From: Octopus vulgaris
Taxonomy: Eukaryota
DNA: 64,000 bases
NCBI GenBank assembly: GCA_951406725.2
Contig: OX597821.1
Location: forward strand, 84,258,001-84,322,000
Reading direction: 5' to 3'
The notes under the pieces: model-generated
What the model was told of the DNA's origin: nothing
Database searches by the model: none
The model's input: the letters and a program-made list of their open reading frames with translations, nothing else
Made by a program: the position numbers and the translations under genes
In this document: positions 63,083-64,000 of the stretch, in pieces
Layout: each line of letters opens with the position of its first letter
Numbering within the stretch: position 1 is the first letter of the stretch

Positions 63083-64000
63083 AAAAAAAATTTCCATTTT
63101 TTTTTTCGCATGGTTTCTACAACTGAATGACTTTCCTAACACCTACCGTTTTACTGAGAGTACTGAACACACTGTATTATGGTTCCAATACTCCTTCAAA
63201 TCCCATTATAGTAAAACTAGAAAAACACACTGAATAATGTAGCCCTAGATATACTGTACCTAAACAAAAGAGGAAATGGTTTGATTGGAAGAAGGCTGAT
63301 CAAACTGTCGAATCTGACCTGTGGCTAAATAACCAAACAACAATGTAGTCATCAATGTACCTTAGTAGACATATCTAACCTATACAAGTCTATTATTGGT
63401 CACTGTAGTTCAGGAAATCCTTTATCCAATAGATTCGTGGTTAAAGACATTTCAACCATTTTAAACTTACTTTTTTTTTCTTTTTTTAAGGTAATGTCCA
63501 TCAAACCTAATGTATACTACTCTTTAAAACTCTTCTGAGTTGGGGAAGGTTCAGCTGCAACGTGTAGCAGCCTTATTCTTCTTCATTAGCTCAACAGAAA
63601 CAAAGAACTCTTAAAATGAAATAATTCATTCAATTTTCTACACCCAAAGAGGATCTCCTTAACTCTCAAAATCACAGATCATTTAAACTTTCCTTACACA
63701 AGCATGGCTTCTTAATCATTTTAATATACACATTTGACAGTCTTAAATATACCAACACAAGCATGGCCCCCTTACATATCCCACCATCCTACCTACACGC
63801 TTACCCCACCAACAAACACACAAGTGTGACCTCCTTCAATCTCATCGCACAAGATTTAACCTTTCACTCTGCCTTTAGTTCATGGAATCACCCCAAAAGT
63901 CAATGCCTTTCCTTTGAAGTTTTACTTTATTCTTACTCACTCTCTTAATCATTTTAACCAAATGTAAATTCCACTGTTTTGCGTATGTTTGTGTATGGAT

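Overview
Eukaryotic, AT-rich, repeat-saturated genomic DNA. The SINE families and microsatellite load suggest an octopus (coleoid cephalopod); this is my recognition of the repeats, not a database result. Nearly all ORFs in the track are microsatellite or SINE artefacts. The window holds dozens of tRNA-derived SINE copies from at least four families, and decayed LINE fragments (HERO-like, R4-like, RTE, CR1-type). It also holds mariner and maT/Tc1-like remnants, Helitron/Helentron-type elements, hAT, mariner and TTAA MITEs, and a foldback with 228-bp arms. One convincing host coding segment is present: a minus-strand stop-containing exon (31044-31308) encoding an RI-type leucine-rich-repeat C-terminus. 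It has a long putative 3' UTR running to about 26.2 kb, possibly spliced. That same position marks a sharp switch from CpG-retaining to CpG-decayed repeats, which looks like a gene-body methylation footprint. The most interesting signal is four hammerhead-ribozyme motifs from three short element families, each lodged in (TA)n/(CA)n tracts; three have non-canonical cores. Two SINE tails match 3' ends of probable LINEs present in the window. I see no prokaryote-type system such as CRISPR or operons.
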